NCBI RefSeq assembly: GCF_963676685.1
Contig: NC_092350.1
Span: 20,522,001-20,586,000, forward strand
Source of the DNA: Mytilus edulis
Taxonomy: Eukaryota
Direction of reading: 5' to 3'
DNA: 64,000 nucleotides
Notes under the pieces: model-generated
Told to the model about the DNA's origin: nothing
Database searches by the model: none
Seen by the model: the letters and a program-made list of their open reading frames with translations, nothing else
Made by a program: the position numbers and the translations under genes
Shown here: positions 1 through 13,200 of the stretch, piece after piece
How positions within the stretch are numbered: position 1 is the first letter of the stretch
Layout of the letters: each line of letters begins with the position of its first letter

Positions 1-11
1 TGGTTGCTGCC
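1..11. mobile_element. Terminal end of another copy of the same MITE (truncated by the window start)
   Basis: TGGTTGCTGCC followed by TTA matches the TIR end plus a TWA TSD; LINE coding sequence resumes immediately after. Confidence 0.7.
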
Positions 12-566
12 TTAGTGATTGTCATCATATGATATCTACTTTTATAAAAGGTCATACACCTAATTGTGTAAACAGTAAGACACAATACAGAAGTTTTAAA
101 TCTTTTAATGTTGATAATTATATTAATGATCTTGATAATATAAATTTTTTACATGATTCAGATGAATGTATAGATGATATAAATTTGGTATATAATGATT
201 TTGAAACAAAAGTCTCTGATGTGATAAATTGTCATGCACCAATGAAATACAGATACCCTCGAAAAAACTCAGTACCATATATGAACAGAGAACTAAGAAA
301 AGCTATTTTTCACAAACAAATGCTGAGAACAAAATTTGAAAAATACAAAACAAGCAAAACTTGGGAAGCATATAGAAGACAAAGAAATATGGTCACAAAA
401 TTAAAAAGAAAATCAGTGAACATTTATTTTCAAGAAAGATGTGCTGGAGGACAAAAATCAAAACACTTTTATAGCACAGTCAAACCATTTTTATCTAAAA
501 AAAATCTACCTGTAGCCAACAAAAAGTTGTACTTGTGGATGATAATAAAATTTTAAACGACACTAA

Positions 567-863
567 GGCAGCAACCATTTGATTTTCTGGGGGGGGTGGG
601 GGGGGGGGGGGCTATGGGTTTTTTTGGAAAAAAAAGTTTGTTTCCAGTTTTTGGAGAAAAAAATAATTTGTTTTTGATTCTGAGAAAAAAAAATTGTTTG
701 TTTCACCCTCAGCTGCCACTATATGTAATGCTAAAATTGAAAGAAAAAAATTGTTTTCGATTTGTCGCGAAAAAAATAGATTGTTTTTCGCCGCAGGCGA
801 AAAAAATAATTTGTCCAGAAAAAAAAACCATAGCCCCCCCCAGAAAATCAAATGGTTGCTGCC
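567..863. mobile_element. PIF/Harbinger (Tourist-like) MITE, 297 bp
   Basis: TIR GGCAGCAACCATTTGATTTTCTGGGGGGG / CCCCCCCAGAAAATCAAATGGTTGCTGCC; TAA TSD at 564-566 and 864-866. Removing it restores LINE frame DNKILNDTK-DVCDNFNTFF. Confidence 0.92.
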
Positions 864-1038
864 TAAAGATGTCTGTGACAACTTTAATACTTTTTTTGTT
901 AATGTTGCCAATGACATAGGCAAAGGTACTATTTTTTAAGAAAAAACACATCCGAGTATTTTAAAAATTAAATCTCACATACAACATGATAAACCTTTTG
1001 ATTTTAAACCTATACATGTTGACACAGTAAACAAACTT

Positions 1039-2547
1039 GTGAAAAAGATCAATATAAAAAAAGCTACTAGCGTAGATCAAATATCATCTAAACTACTACG
1101 AGCTGGTGCACCAGTACTCAACAAACACATAACAACATTAATAAATAACACCATAGAATCCAGTGAGTTTCCCAACAGACTCAAAGAAACTCAGGTTGTA
1201 CCATTACATAAAAAGAATGATCCACTGGATAAAAAGAACTATAGACCTGTGAGCATTTTACCAACAATTTCAAAAGTCTATGAAATGGTTATGTCTGACC
1301 AGTTAACTGAATTTTTTGAGAACATATTTCATGCTTTTTTATGTGCATTCAGAAAAGGTCATGGATGTCAGACAACTTTGCTGAGACTCCTTGAGGATTG
1401 GAAAACAGCTTTGGATAATAATATGTATGTGGCAGCTATTCTTATGGATCTTTCGAAAGCTTTTGACTGTTTACCTCATGATATTCTTTTAAGTAAATTA
1501 TCTGCCTACGGTCTTTCTTCTAAATCAGTGAAATTACTTCAAAATTATCTTACAGATCGTAGGCAACAAATCAAACTTCAGGGAGTACTCAGCAGTTGGG
1601 CTGACATCCAGAAAGGGGTACCCCAAGGCTCAATCCTGGGGCCCCTATTATTTAATATTTTTATAAACGACATATTTTATTTTATTGAACATGGTACCTT
1701 GTATAATTATGCAGATGACAATACTCTGTCTTATGCTGACAATGATTTTGATAATTTATTATGTACACTCGAAAGAGAAAGTGCTGTTTTAATTGACTGG
1801 TTCAGATTTAATTGTATGCAGGCAAATCCTGACAAATTCCAAGCCATTGCAGTTGGAAATAAAACATTTGCAAAAAAGTCTGTTTTTAATATGCAGTCAG
1901 CAAAAATATCCTCTGATGAGATTGTCAAACTTTTGGGTATTGATATTGACTATCAACTTAATTTCAATCACCACATTAAAAATATTTGTCGTAAAGCATC
2001 CCAACAACTGAATGTTTTAAAGCGCATTGGCTGCTACCTTACTAAATTGAATAAACTGACAATTTTCCACACATTTATTTTATCTAATTTTAATTTTTGT
2101 CCTTTGGCATGGCATTTTTGCAACAAAAATAACACCCCCAAATTGGAAAAAATTCAGGAAAGGGCTTTACGATTTATATATGAAGACTATGTTAGTTCAT
2201 ATGATGAACTACATTTACGAGCAAAGGTTCCATCGCTGAAAATAAGACGTATGCGTAACATGGCTATTGAGTGTTTTAAAATTTTATATAAATTGTCACC
2301 ACCATGCTTACATGATTTAGTTGTTTTGAAAGACTGTAAATATAATTTTAGATATTCTAATATTGTAGATATACCTAGGGTCCGAACAACAACCTATGGT
2401 AAGAACTCTTTTAAATACACAGCTGCTGTTTTATGGAATGATCTACCTGATGATTTTAGAAAAATTGCTAATTTTAGTCAGTTCAAAAATATTTTAAAGT
2501 CATGGAATGGAAATGACTGTAAGTGCACAGTTTGTGCAGACTTTTAG
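1039..2547 (+). pseudogene. LINE reverse transcriptase domain (remaining open part of ORF2, 502 aa)
   Basis: All core non-LTR RT motifs are present; the upstream part of the same ORF2 is disrupted. Confidence 0.9.
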
Positions 2548-2884
2548 TTTATATATTATGAAAATTTATTTACCATCTAGATCATATCCCATTTTTTCAA
2601 TTTTTTATGCTAAGCATTTTTACCAGCTTTTATGCCTAGTTTACACTTATATGCTTTTAGCCTTAATACCTAGCTTATGCTTATATTCTGCTTTTTAAGT
2701 GCTTCATTTTTGTGCTGTGATATTTATTGCATGTGTACTATATTATGTATTGTATTGTTATAAATGTTGTACTGTTAAATAATGTCTCATATGTCGGTTA
2801 AAAGCTCATTAGAGCTTATGTTTGTCTATGTTTTATATACCATGCCGACTCTAAATAAAGCTTATTTATTATTTATTATTTATT

Positions 2885-3330
2885 GGAGACATTTGTTTTG
2901 TATGCAGGCGCTACTGGAATGTTGCTAAATAGAACTGGAAAATTCACAATTGGGAAGCTTAAGTAATCTCTTTTATTTTTGTTAAGTTTTTTTCAACTGA
3001 TATCCTCATTGTCAATTTCTAGATGACAGTCAAGATATGAGGCAGACTTACCTGTATCTGTTGTATCCTTTATCTCTAGGTAGATGGGATAGATGCGTTC
3101 AACATTGTCACCAAATTTTGAATTATGAAGTGAGAGAGTATGTAAGCAATATATAAATTAAATAAACAAGACACAACTTTATATGAAATTACTATGGTAC
3201 ACAAATTTTTACGGCGATCAAAATGTAAATTGGATAATATGATGAACTAATGTTGGTATATTCAAAAGGCATACTAAATGTTTTATGAAATCAACCAACA
3301 TAATAGTAATTACTGCCATCTTGGATTGTA
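2885..3330 (-). mobile_element. Degenerate Penelope-like RT fragment (host site of the LINE)
   Basis: gtatgcaggcgctactggaatgttgct is reverse-complement-similar to 53400-53440 (SNIPAAPAY) and similar to 31935-31965. Confidence 0.6.
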
Positions 3331-4355
3331 AAATAGTAGTTGACAAAAGGTCTAGTTCTTTGTTTAAATCTGCAAATTTGAGACCGATTGACAATTAATG
3401 TGTTAGACTGTTGACATAAATAAAGAGAAATAAGTGATGTATTGCATTATTCTGCCTTATCTATCAAATACCAAATATTTATGTTTGTTCGAATCAAATT
3501 GTTATCTTAGCCATTTAAGGGGCGATAACTCAATTAGAAATATTTTCATGAAATTTTCATTATTTGCTTGTTAGAAAACAAGGTTGGTGACATTATTTTT
3601 ATTATCATTTTCTTGAAGTATATTTCTAAATCTATCTTCTCATAAATGATTTCAAAATAATTAATTATCTCTCATGGAATTCTTTTTGAGTCACAAAAAA
3701 GCATGTTTTCAAAAACAATCTGTAAATCTACATTCTTGCAAAGCATAAGACAATTATATCTGGGAAATTATATACCAATAATCAACCTTAATAAAAAGTC
3801 ATTTCATTATGATAGCTTGAAGAGAAGATAATTATTGCCGGAGAAAATTCTATCTCAATATCATGTCCGTGACAGCGTACTGTACTGTGACCTAAGATCA
3901 ATGGTTTTTGTTCAGATCGTTGAAATTACCTCCCTTGAAAGATGGAAAAGATCAGTAATTTTTGCTGGGATCTCCCAGAAATTATTTTAGCTCGCTTCCC
4001 ATTTATAAGTGCATTTACATTACTAATGATATTAGCTGAAAGAGACGAAAAGTTAGTTTAAATTTAACTTGCCCCAAGGTTGATTATATGAATCCACCAC
4101 TTCTGAGAAACAAAAACTATAAATCTAGCCATTTCGTACCACACCATTTCGTACCCTTTTACAATATAGAATCATAAATTCGGCATAACATTTTGTACCA
4201 TAATCAAAGACAACATCATTCCATACATAGTCATGTTATGGTATGATATAGAATAAGCGGAGGCGTCACAGTACCAAAATATTCACCTGGCTTTAAAACC
4301 TAGTCCAAATAATAATATGAGTCTTAAAAGGCTATTATATTATTTGCCATAGCCT

Positions 4356-4484
4356 TAGTCCAAATAATTATGACGTCTTGAAAGGCTATTATATTTTTTT
4401 TCTTTGACGCCTTACTTCGTCGAAGTAAGGCGTCAAAGAAAAAAAATATTATAGCCTTTCAAGACGTCATAATTATTTGGACTA
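4356..4484. mobile_element. Palindromic 129-bp MITE with 9-bp TSD, nested in an older copy of the same family (4301-4520)
   Basis: 64-bp arms with one mismatch and a 1-nt centre; TAGTCC...GGACTA termini; CCATAGCCT at 4347-4355 and 4485-4493. Confidence 0.88.
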
Positions 4485-5004
4485 CCATAGCCTTTCAAGA
4501 AGTCATAATTATTTGGACTGCTTGCTTACCCTAATGTTTAAGATTTATACATAATAAACATATTTACACTTTTGGTGTTTAGTTTAATTTTGTCTCAAAA
4601 TTACCCTAGTTCTGCTCCAAATAACATTCTGACGTCAAGTAACAATCACCTTTTAATTCTAATATGACGTCCTTATTACGCTTTGTAAATAAAGCCATGT
4701 TCTAATGAGCACAAAATATGTTTGACACATGCGCATAAATTTACTGTTTATTTTAAAGTTATTTCCATCGTTATCAATGGTTATCCTATAAAATATATAC
4801 ATTTAAGTAGCTTACATAAACTTTTATAATATATGTTATTTGGAACAACATATATTTACCCTGCTCGTATTTTTTTAAAATTATCAAATATGACATGTAA
4901 TGTAAAGACTCATCGGGGAGGAAACCGGAACAGCTAAACATTTTTACAGTATTTTCGTATGCTTTGACCTATAGAAATACTGTATTTGTCCTATTAGAAT
5001 CGAA

Positions 5005-5208
5005 ATAATTCCTTCATGTCATGCTTTATGCTCATTTTAACATGGCTAGGCATTATATTTGTCGATATTTTACACTGAGCTAATTTTAATATGGATAGGC
5101 ATTATATTTGACCACATTTAATACCTCGCTAACGCTCAGTGTAAAATATCGACAAATATAATGCTTACCGATGTTAAAATGAGCATAGAGCATGACATGA
5201 AGGAATTT
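5005..5208. mobile_element. Foldback MITE with ~75-bp inverted arms
   Basis: aattccttcatgtcatgct...tacactgagc versus gctcagtgtaaa...catgacatgaaggaatt. Confidence 0.75.
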
Positions 5209-5727
5209 TTTCTTAAATTATTGTGGCATCAAATGTAACTTTATGCTTTGAATTGTGATGTTGAATTTTACTAGAACTTGTTAGACTTAACGTAATGGTG
5301 GACAAATTTGCATACAATTGTAAATACTTTATAACTTGTTTAATATCTAATTTACATATATATACCTTATCGCTATTTGTTCACCATTAACCTTATTGCT
5401 AGTTGCTCACCATTACTGGTCATCACACATTGTCACAAAGGTTCCCTTCAAATTTTTATGTCACAATAAAAAATATCTGAGGCCACAATAAAAAAGTGAT
5501 TGTTGAGTGCATTCAAAAGATGCAGCAATGCTGATTTCCATTAAGCAATGTATATTTTTTGTAAATTGTAACTTCTTTGTTCTTTTGATTTGATTTTTTT
5601 TCGCATCATGACCATTAACATAAATTGATTCAAGGAAAAAGGAAATGACCACACTAACTGAAATTTCACAATGCAATGTAATGTCCTATCATGCTGATTA
5701 AAAAATCCTGTCTTTTTACAGTATATA

Positions 5728-6022
5728 AAATTGAGAATGGAAATGGGGAATGTGCCAAAGAGACAACAACCCGACCATAGAAAAAAACAACAGCAGAAGG
5801 TCACCAACAGGTCTTCAATGTAGCGAGAAATTCCCGCACCCGGAGGCGTCCTTCAGCTGGCCTCTAAACAAATATATACTAGTTCAGTGATAATGAACGC
5901 CATACTAATTTCCAAATTGTACACAAGAAACTAAAATTAAAATAATACAAGACTAACAAAGGCCAGAGGCTCCTGACTTGGGACAGGCGCAAAAATGCGG
6001 CGGGGTTAAACATGTTTGTGAG
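5728..6022 (+). repeat. High-copy interspersed repeat family A (aaattgagaatggaaatggggaatgtg...); class uncertain
   Basis: Further copies at ~19121-19206, ~20545-20850 and ~22991-23275 in this window. Confidence 0.8.
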
Positions 6023-6171
6023 AGTATATGTATATCTGTGGACACAAATACTGATCATGCTGATTGTTCTTTTAAAAAAAAAACATAAACAAATTATAGT
6101 TTGTTCAGATAAGACAGTATCTATCTTTCCAAAGAATTATGACATGTATGATAGTTTATAATACTTTTCAG

Positions 6172-8160
6172 ATATCCTCCAATACCACCAAGATTGATTT
6201 ACAGCCACATAGCTATCTTCCTAGCAGTTGGATTCCTCATGTCAGCAAGAGTGAAAAGAAAAGAATTGTCCTTGGTTTATGCTGGTCAACTGTTATATTT
6301 TGCTTACAATACATATACAAATGATAATCTACGATATACTGAACCACAAAGGGTAAGACCAAATAAAATAATAAACATGTATTTCTTTTAGCATGTTTAG
6401 AGAAAATAGCTATAGAAATTTCATTTTAACAGAAAATATTTGTTTATATTGTTTAATTTAAACATACATGTATACATATCAGATGTTTAATTCGATGTCA
6501 ACAGCTTTTATACTGAAAAATCACCACAAAAAATGTTTCACTAATGGTCACCAGCTTTCACACAGAAGATCACCACCAAAATTGATTCACTTATGAAACC
6601 TGTGCATTTACACAGATAAATCATGAGGAAAAGGATTCACTCAAAGTTGCTAGCACTGAATCAGAAAACTCATCACCAAAAATTCTCTGATAGTCAACAG
6701 CATTTCCACAGAAAGTCATCTCCAAGATTGATTCACCCACACATGCTACATGTAGCATTGAATGGAAAAAATCACCACCAAAAGTGATTTACTAATGCTA
6801 ATAGTTACCAGCTTATATACAGAAAATTCATCACCAAAATTGATTCACTCAATCTCCATCTTTTACACATAAGAAATCACCACCAAAAGGGATTCACTCA
6901 TACATCATGTATACAGACACCAACTTTTACACAGAAATAAAAATCAGCCAAAAGTGATTCATTCACAGTCGGTAGCCTTAACACAGAAAAATAATCACCA
7001 AAAGTGATCGATTCAGTCACTGAATCACATTGTGAAAAATGTTTATTTATCTTTTCATTTTTGCAACAACTTAAGGAGGCTCGACTCGAGGGTATAAAAA
7101 TTTCAGAAAAAAATCAAACATTTGTTTTTCATTACAAATTTTATTTATTTCATTTTGTAGTTGTTACTTCATCATATGGTACAAAAATCATTCAAAACAA
7201 TCAATTCGTGTTGGCCCCAGATGACTTTCAAAATGTATACATCATTGAAAAAGTTCCAAATTATCTCCCTTTGGTGGAAAAATGCCATTTTTTGGCTCTA
7301 AAATTGAAATATCTTTTTCAACTCATCGGTGACCTATCTTTTTTAATATAATTTCCATATAAGCTGTACTTAAACTAAATTATTGTAAAATGTTAGCGAT
7401 TTCTGTAATAAATTTCTTTTTTTTATTTCGATATTACCTTTATTTCTCCTATTACTTCAACAGAAAAAAAACACCTTTACAAAAATGTATGCTTCTTTCG
7501 AAGGCAGATTGTGAGCGCAAATGAACGGTGACCCCACTTTTTTATTTTATTTTTCTATTAACTATAAGATAAAGTTCATTTATAGAAAAATATAGAGAAA
7601 TCCTATATAAATGATTTAGACCCGCGAACCCCCTTAAAAGTTTATACTAGAGACTTAAATGGGTCAATACATTATGTGTTTTTTTCTTTTTTTTTCAGAT
7701 AAGGATGTCAGTAAGATTGGTTGGCTGTGCTGGTGTATTGGTATTATTCTCTTATTTCCAAGAGCAAGTCAAATCCAGACAACTTAGAAAACTTGGAGAA
7801 ACATTAGTTGGAATATTTCTAATTGCCTATGTATATATAATCAATAACACTTATGAAGATAAGCGAGCCTTCCTAATGCACATCCCTGGTGGGGATTGGA
7901 GTAGATATTTCATTACTTTAGTTTTAGCTTGTGGTGCTATAAGCTTCTTCTCAGGATATTTTTTACGTGATGTGTCTATATCATTAGCAATAGTCTTCGC
8001 AATACTGACAGTAGCTATAGACTGTGACATTCAGTATTGGGTGAATAAAAGAGGGATGCTATATTGGAACCAAGTTAGGGTTATTGCAGATGATTTATGT
8101 ATAATTATTGGATTTTGTTTGTTAATTTCAAGGGGAGATAACAAAATAAAAATGGATTAA
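6172..8160 (+). CDS. TMEM101: TMEM101-like multi-pass membrane protein; coding exons 6172-6352 and 7699-8160; upstream exon(s) not found in the window
   Basis: Canonical AG/GT boundaries join in phase 0 (…YTEPQR|IRMSVR…). The protein matches TMEM101 motifs as I recall them (FLMS.RVKR, EDKRAFLMHIPGG, FFSGY, IDCDIQYW, YWNQ). It ends in KIKMD. Confidence 0.88.
6510..7030. repeat. Degenerate ~44-bp minisatellite in the TMEM101 intron
   Basis: Recurring aaatcaccaccaaaa..gattcact...cacag units, about 11 copies. Confidence 0.7.
7075..7633. mobile_element. Non-autonomous DNA transposon with TTAA TSD (Kolobok-like termini)
   Basis: TTAA at 7071-7074 and 7634-7637; imperfect TIR GGAGGCTCG / CGAACCCCC. 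Purine-purine termini plus TTAA fit Kolobok. Confidence 0.65.
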
Positions 8161-8568
8161 ATATTTTTTTTCTCATTTATAAAAGTTTTGTTTTAGGCCA
8201 CCTCAGTAATATTGATCCAAATAGATTTGTGCATATGTGACTCAATACTTGATTATTTGTTTAAAATTTCACTTAAAATTTTACTATTATTTATAGGAAC
8301 AGTTCTTAGTAATTTATAACCAATAATCTAGAGTTTATTAGCAACATTATTTTCTATAATTTTTTGGCGTTATTTTTACAAGTCATTCTTAGACATGTTA
8401 GAAACAGCACCTAAAACAATTGAGCCATTTCCAAATACTGAAATTTTTTTTAATTATTTTCTTTCTTTGTCCTTAAGATCCACAATAATGCAAAGAAATT
8501 AAAGCTACAAAGGTCAGGTAAATGTTTAGCATGAACAAAATGAAATGTAAAATAAACAACTTTACTAA

Positions 8569-8860
8569 GGAAAACCATTTGATTTTCGGGGGGGGGGGGG
8601 GGGGGCTATGGTTTTTTTTTCTGTACAAACGTCTGTACAAACTGCGGCGAAAAACAATCTATTTTTTTCACGACAAGTCGAAAACAATTTTTTTCTTTCA
8701 ATTTTAGCATTACATATAGTGGCAGCTGAGGGGGTAACAAACAATTTTATTTTTTTTTCAGAATTCAAAACAAATTATTTTTTTCTCCAAAAACTGGAAA
8801 CAAACTTTTTTTTCCAAAAAAAACCATAGCCCCACCCCAGAAAATCAAATGGTTGCTGCC
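8569..8860. mobile_element. Second full copy of the Harbinger-type MITE, opposite orientation to 567-863
   Basis: Reverse-complement homology to 567-863; TAA at 8566-8568 and 8861-8863. Confidence 0.9.
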
Positions 8861-9514
8861 TAAAGAAATTGAAAGCTCAGTATTCCTTATTAGTTTAGTT
8901 GTGTATAAATATGATTTGTTTACAGCTCATGGTACCTAGTATAATGAGCCAATTTCAGAAATGTATTGTCACAACAACAATAATGAGTATTTTTTGGGGA
9001 GAATATTCTTGGCCCATTTTAACCTAAATGGCTGTAATTCATGTTTGAATAAACAAGTATTGAATGATAATACTTGTCTATTATCATTGAGATCATTATG
9101 AGTTGATTACTTTAAAACTCATTAAAATGCTTGATTTTGTTTGTTATACTATCTCATGATTATACCATGTATACGAAGGACAGTTACGTATCTTTTTATG
9201 TTAATAAAAACATTTTATACTTTATTTGATATCAGTAGTATTGTATTTAATATCAGAATTTTATACTGTATGCTTGGTACCTAGTTTGTTTAGTTTTGTT
9301 AAGGGGCTAGGTTGAGTTAATGCTGTAAGTTTCCATCAAATCACTAGGCCAATTTAAACTGTACCAGAATAAACAAAGTATGAGTGATATATGGTTAACA
9401 TCAAGGAGGCAGCAACCAAAGACCACAATAAAAGATATTAATACAATGTACATCTATCAACTTACAGATCTGTCCCTTTCAATTTTCTGGTTGTAGTTCA
9501 AATTTTCAAGTCTA

Positions 9515-9651
9515 CAGAGGCGGATTTAGAGGTGGACCCTTTACTCGAAAAATTTAGTTGATTATAAAGGGAATCATTAAAGCATGACCTGAGTGGCCCT
9601 CTTAGTCGGTCAGTGGGCCTCCACTTATGAAAATTTCTGGATCCGCCACTG
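9515..9651. mobile_element. Short MITE, CAG(A/T)GGCGGAT termini, 5-bp TSD
   Basis: TIR cagaggcggat / atccgccactg; GTCTA on both sides. Confidence 0.78.
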
Positions 9652-10283
9652 GTCTACTTCTGTCTCATTTTGTATGTTTATTTATCTTCCACGAAGAAGT
9701 ACATTATAAAACTTATATACATATATTTTATGGTAGAAATTACTTGACTATGGTAAGTAAGTATATAAACTTGTAATTTCGTTCCTAAATTCAATATCTG
9801 TAGGACTAGAGCATGCACATTTATATTATGTTGGAAAATTGTTGATTAATAATCATTAATATATAGTTTCGAATGCTTTGACCTCTAATTATGTACCATA
9901 TATAAATAGGAGGCGTTCTACAAATTAAAGAACCTTTGCAGCAAATATCAATGGATCCAAAGGTGACATGAAGCAGGGGAAATATTTGCCCATATCCATC
10001 TTGCCTTCATTTCCAGTGGCAGTGTGAATTTCTTTACTGAACCAGCCTATAGTCATGATAGTATTGGTTGCTCTTTTCCTGGATATGCATTCATGAAATA
10101 TTTGCTACTAGACGTCAAGCAAGCAATTAATAAAACAACCCTTCCCAAGATACATTTTCTTATTCCTCTTAAATACATAAACACACTATGATTTTATTAC
10201 ATTTTTCAAAAGCAATCAACACAAAAATAATAGGCATTTGTATAATAAAATACTTTATTTCAACCATACTAATTTATACTATT

Positions 10284-13200
10284 TCATTCACATCTCTTAC
10301 AGAAATGGGGACACTCATTTCTCAGGTTGGTGTAGATTCTGCAGTACATGTCCTGTAAATCATTGGTATAGCCATTACAATAACCAGGACTTGATACAGC
10401 ACAATTTACTGAAAAAAAGATACATTAAGAATTAAACTTGGAATCTCAAGTGAAAATTTCCGAGAAAAAACTCAGTATTTTCAATCTGAGCGAAAACTCT
10501 CTACGTAATTCACAGAGACACTTGTCTCATAAAAAAAAATCTATATAGGAATTGTTTTCTGAGATAAGTGCCTGTGGTAATTCAAGTTCATGAGTGCTCC
10601 ATATCACCAATTTTTTTTCATGTTCTTGGCTAGATATGTCGACCACTTTACATGTCATGTATTGACATTTTTAAAAAGAACACAGACATAGCGTAGTATC
10701 AATATATTATAAATTTAAATATGACAACAAAAAATAAATAATGAACAGATAACTTTACAAAAAAAAATAAATATATCATCTTGAATATGAAAAAAAAATG
10801 TAAATCTGATATGTGTTACGCCATGCAAGTGCATCTGTATACAAGAAAGACTTACAAGACTGGCATTCATCCCCTTGGAAAGGACTGTTAGGATGATTAA
10901 TACATGTGCATTCACATGTACCTAAATCTAATGATCCATCATTCATGCACATTTTCCCGCCACAATCTATAAATGTATAACAAAGAGCTATTTACAAGTA
11001 ATTTTTAGTGCCACAAGAACTTTAATCAGTTCTAGATTAAAATATGAAAAATTCAATTGTAAAAGAAACTATAACACAAAACTGCAAATATGAACCAGTG
11101 AAGTATTATAAATGATGATGATGCAGTTATAGCGGTTTTTTGTTGAGCCTGCAACATTTTGGCACGCTTTGACTTTTTTTGCATCAGTAATTTTGTCAAG
11201 AAATCATCAAATTTAATGAAACCAAGACAGAAGTTTTTTGTGACCAAAAAGACAGACTAAGTATTGAAATCAAGATTGTGAAAATACATTTTTGTTCTAT
11301 TTTCCATTTACAGATAAATTGACTTAACGGTTTTTGGTAATCAACAAAACAATACAGTTTGTGGTTCAAATTTATCAGACATCAATAACTATGTTAAAAT
11401 TTCGTGGACTTGTGCAACTTGAACAGAAGCTTCTTCAAGATCATGAAAAAGCATTTGAAGAAAGTAAAATAGATTTATAAGAGGCGGATTTAGGGGGGGG
11501 GACGGGCCCGGGCCCCCCTTTTCTGGGAAAAATTTGGTTGCTTATATATGGAATCACTGAAGCATGACCAAAGCGGCCCCCCTCTTAGGCAGTCAAAGGG
11601 CCCCCACTTATGAAAAATTCTGGATCCGCCACTGTTTATGATTTTAGTTTCAATGTTTTAGTGAAAAGGGACATTTTTGGCAGTCAGCATTATGTACACT
11701 TTTAAACTGACACCAACACCGGAACCTTTATGATTATTAATTAAATATTTGTAGAAGTGACACAGGCATATTGATCAACTATTCGGTGTCGAAGCATAAT
11801 AAGGTCATTTTAAACTGATAATCTGAACTTTTTTTAACCAATCAGTAAGTAGCTATGCATAAATCAAAAAAGATTATTTTTTATACTTTTAGATTGCTGC
11901 ATGAAATGACTGATGTCAATTAAAAGCAAACAATACATTGTCATGTAACTTGCGTCTTCGTGCACATGGATACTTTTTGTATTTGAAAAAACATTCATAA
12001 AGTGCCTCAGATTTTCTATTATATGTCCTATAATTCTATGTTCTAATATATTTTTCGTATTAGATAACAATCTGAGCGTCTTTTTGACGTGCACTCTTGA
12101 CTTAAGATTATGGCCTTACTTACTTCGTATTTCTAACTTGAGGGCCCTCATGGGGTTTTTGATTATGTGATTACTTGGCCTTTTTTTTAATGATTATTTG
12201 ATTATTAAGCCAAATATTTCATGATTATTTGATTACCTAGGACTGTATTTTTAGTTTATGATTATTTGATTACTAAAGATAAGCAAATATCTAATGATTA
12301 TGTGATTATATTGGCAAAAAAATGGTGATTATGTGATTACTAGGACCCCCCCATGAGGGGCCTCTAACTTTTAAAACTTGTTTTTCATAAATGGATTGAA
12401 CAAAGATTATGATTTCGACCTCATACATGTACATAACACATGACAAAAGTTTTCACAGTTACTGTGAGAACTTTTGTGAGTTTAAAAGTAAAAATGCTGC
12501 CTTTCAAAGATTAAAACACAGCTTAAAACTTAGGTGAAAAAAACCCCAGTTTAAATTTAATAGTAAAATGTTTTTGTTGTGACAGCATAGCCTGGTTTTC
12601 TTTTTTCAAAATAAATTTTGACAATATTACCGCATAAGCCGTCAACACAATTGTTCGGACAGGCTTCACATGGTTGTCCATTTTTCCATGGCACTGAATA
12701 TTCTTCCCACACCAATCTAAATAATAAAATATATTCTTTACAAGGGTTGTGCGAACTTCATTACAAAAGGATGAAAGCTTTACAATTCTAAATAAGAAAT
12801 TTAATAATATATCTTACTTAATAATACTGTAATGTTTATTGGTCGTCATGGTAATAAACCAGGAGAATCTTGTTGTATTTTATGCAGAAAGAAGCGTTGA
12901 GTGGATTAAGACGTTTGTTGGGGAAATTAGTAACCGTGTCGAAAGTTATAGGGGTGATCGTAAGGGACTCTCTATGCTCCGTGAGGATAACATTTAGAGA
13001 ACACCCCTATCAAGTAAATAGTGGTATCGACCACGGGTATATAAAAGAATGAGAAACTGCATTCGATGCTGTCGATGAGCTGTCAATATTCAAGAGATTG
13101 TACGTCGGATATATAAAGTGCTAAAAGAGCCTTAATATTCAAAGAACACTTTGTACCAGGTACAAAGTAAACGTACAAGTTGAACGGATTGACAAGACAG

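Larger units (their letters stand above)
12..2884 (+). mobile_element. CR1/L2-group non-LTR retrotransposon (LINE), ORF2 region plus 3' UTR; inactivated and running off the 5' window edge
   Basis: End of an APE endonuclease (LSDCHHM) at the start. The 1039-2547 ORF has RT motifs YRPVSILP, DLSKAFD, GVPQGSILGPLLF and YADD. Tandem (TTATTTA)-type tail at ~2862-2884. Lesions: frameshift in the A8 run 497-504, MITE insertion at 567-863, in-frame TAA at 937-939. Confidence 0.93.

Noticed and set aside
596-951. Four overlapping ORFs (also 8522-8829)
   Set aside because: Low-complexity translations of the MITE.
3330-6100. Search for TMEM101 exon 1
   Set aside because: No ATG-containing exon with suitable sequence and a phase-2 donor was found; it probably lies upstream of the window.
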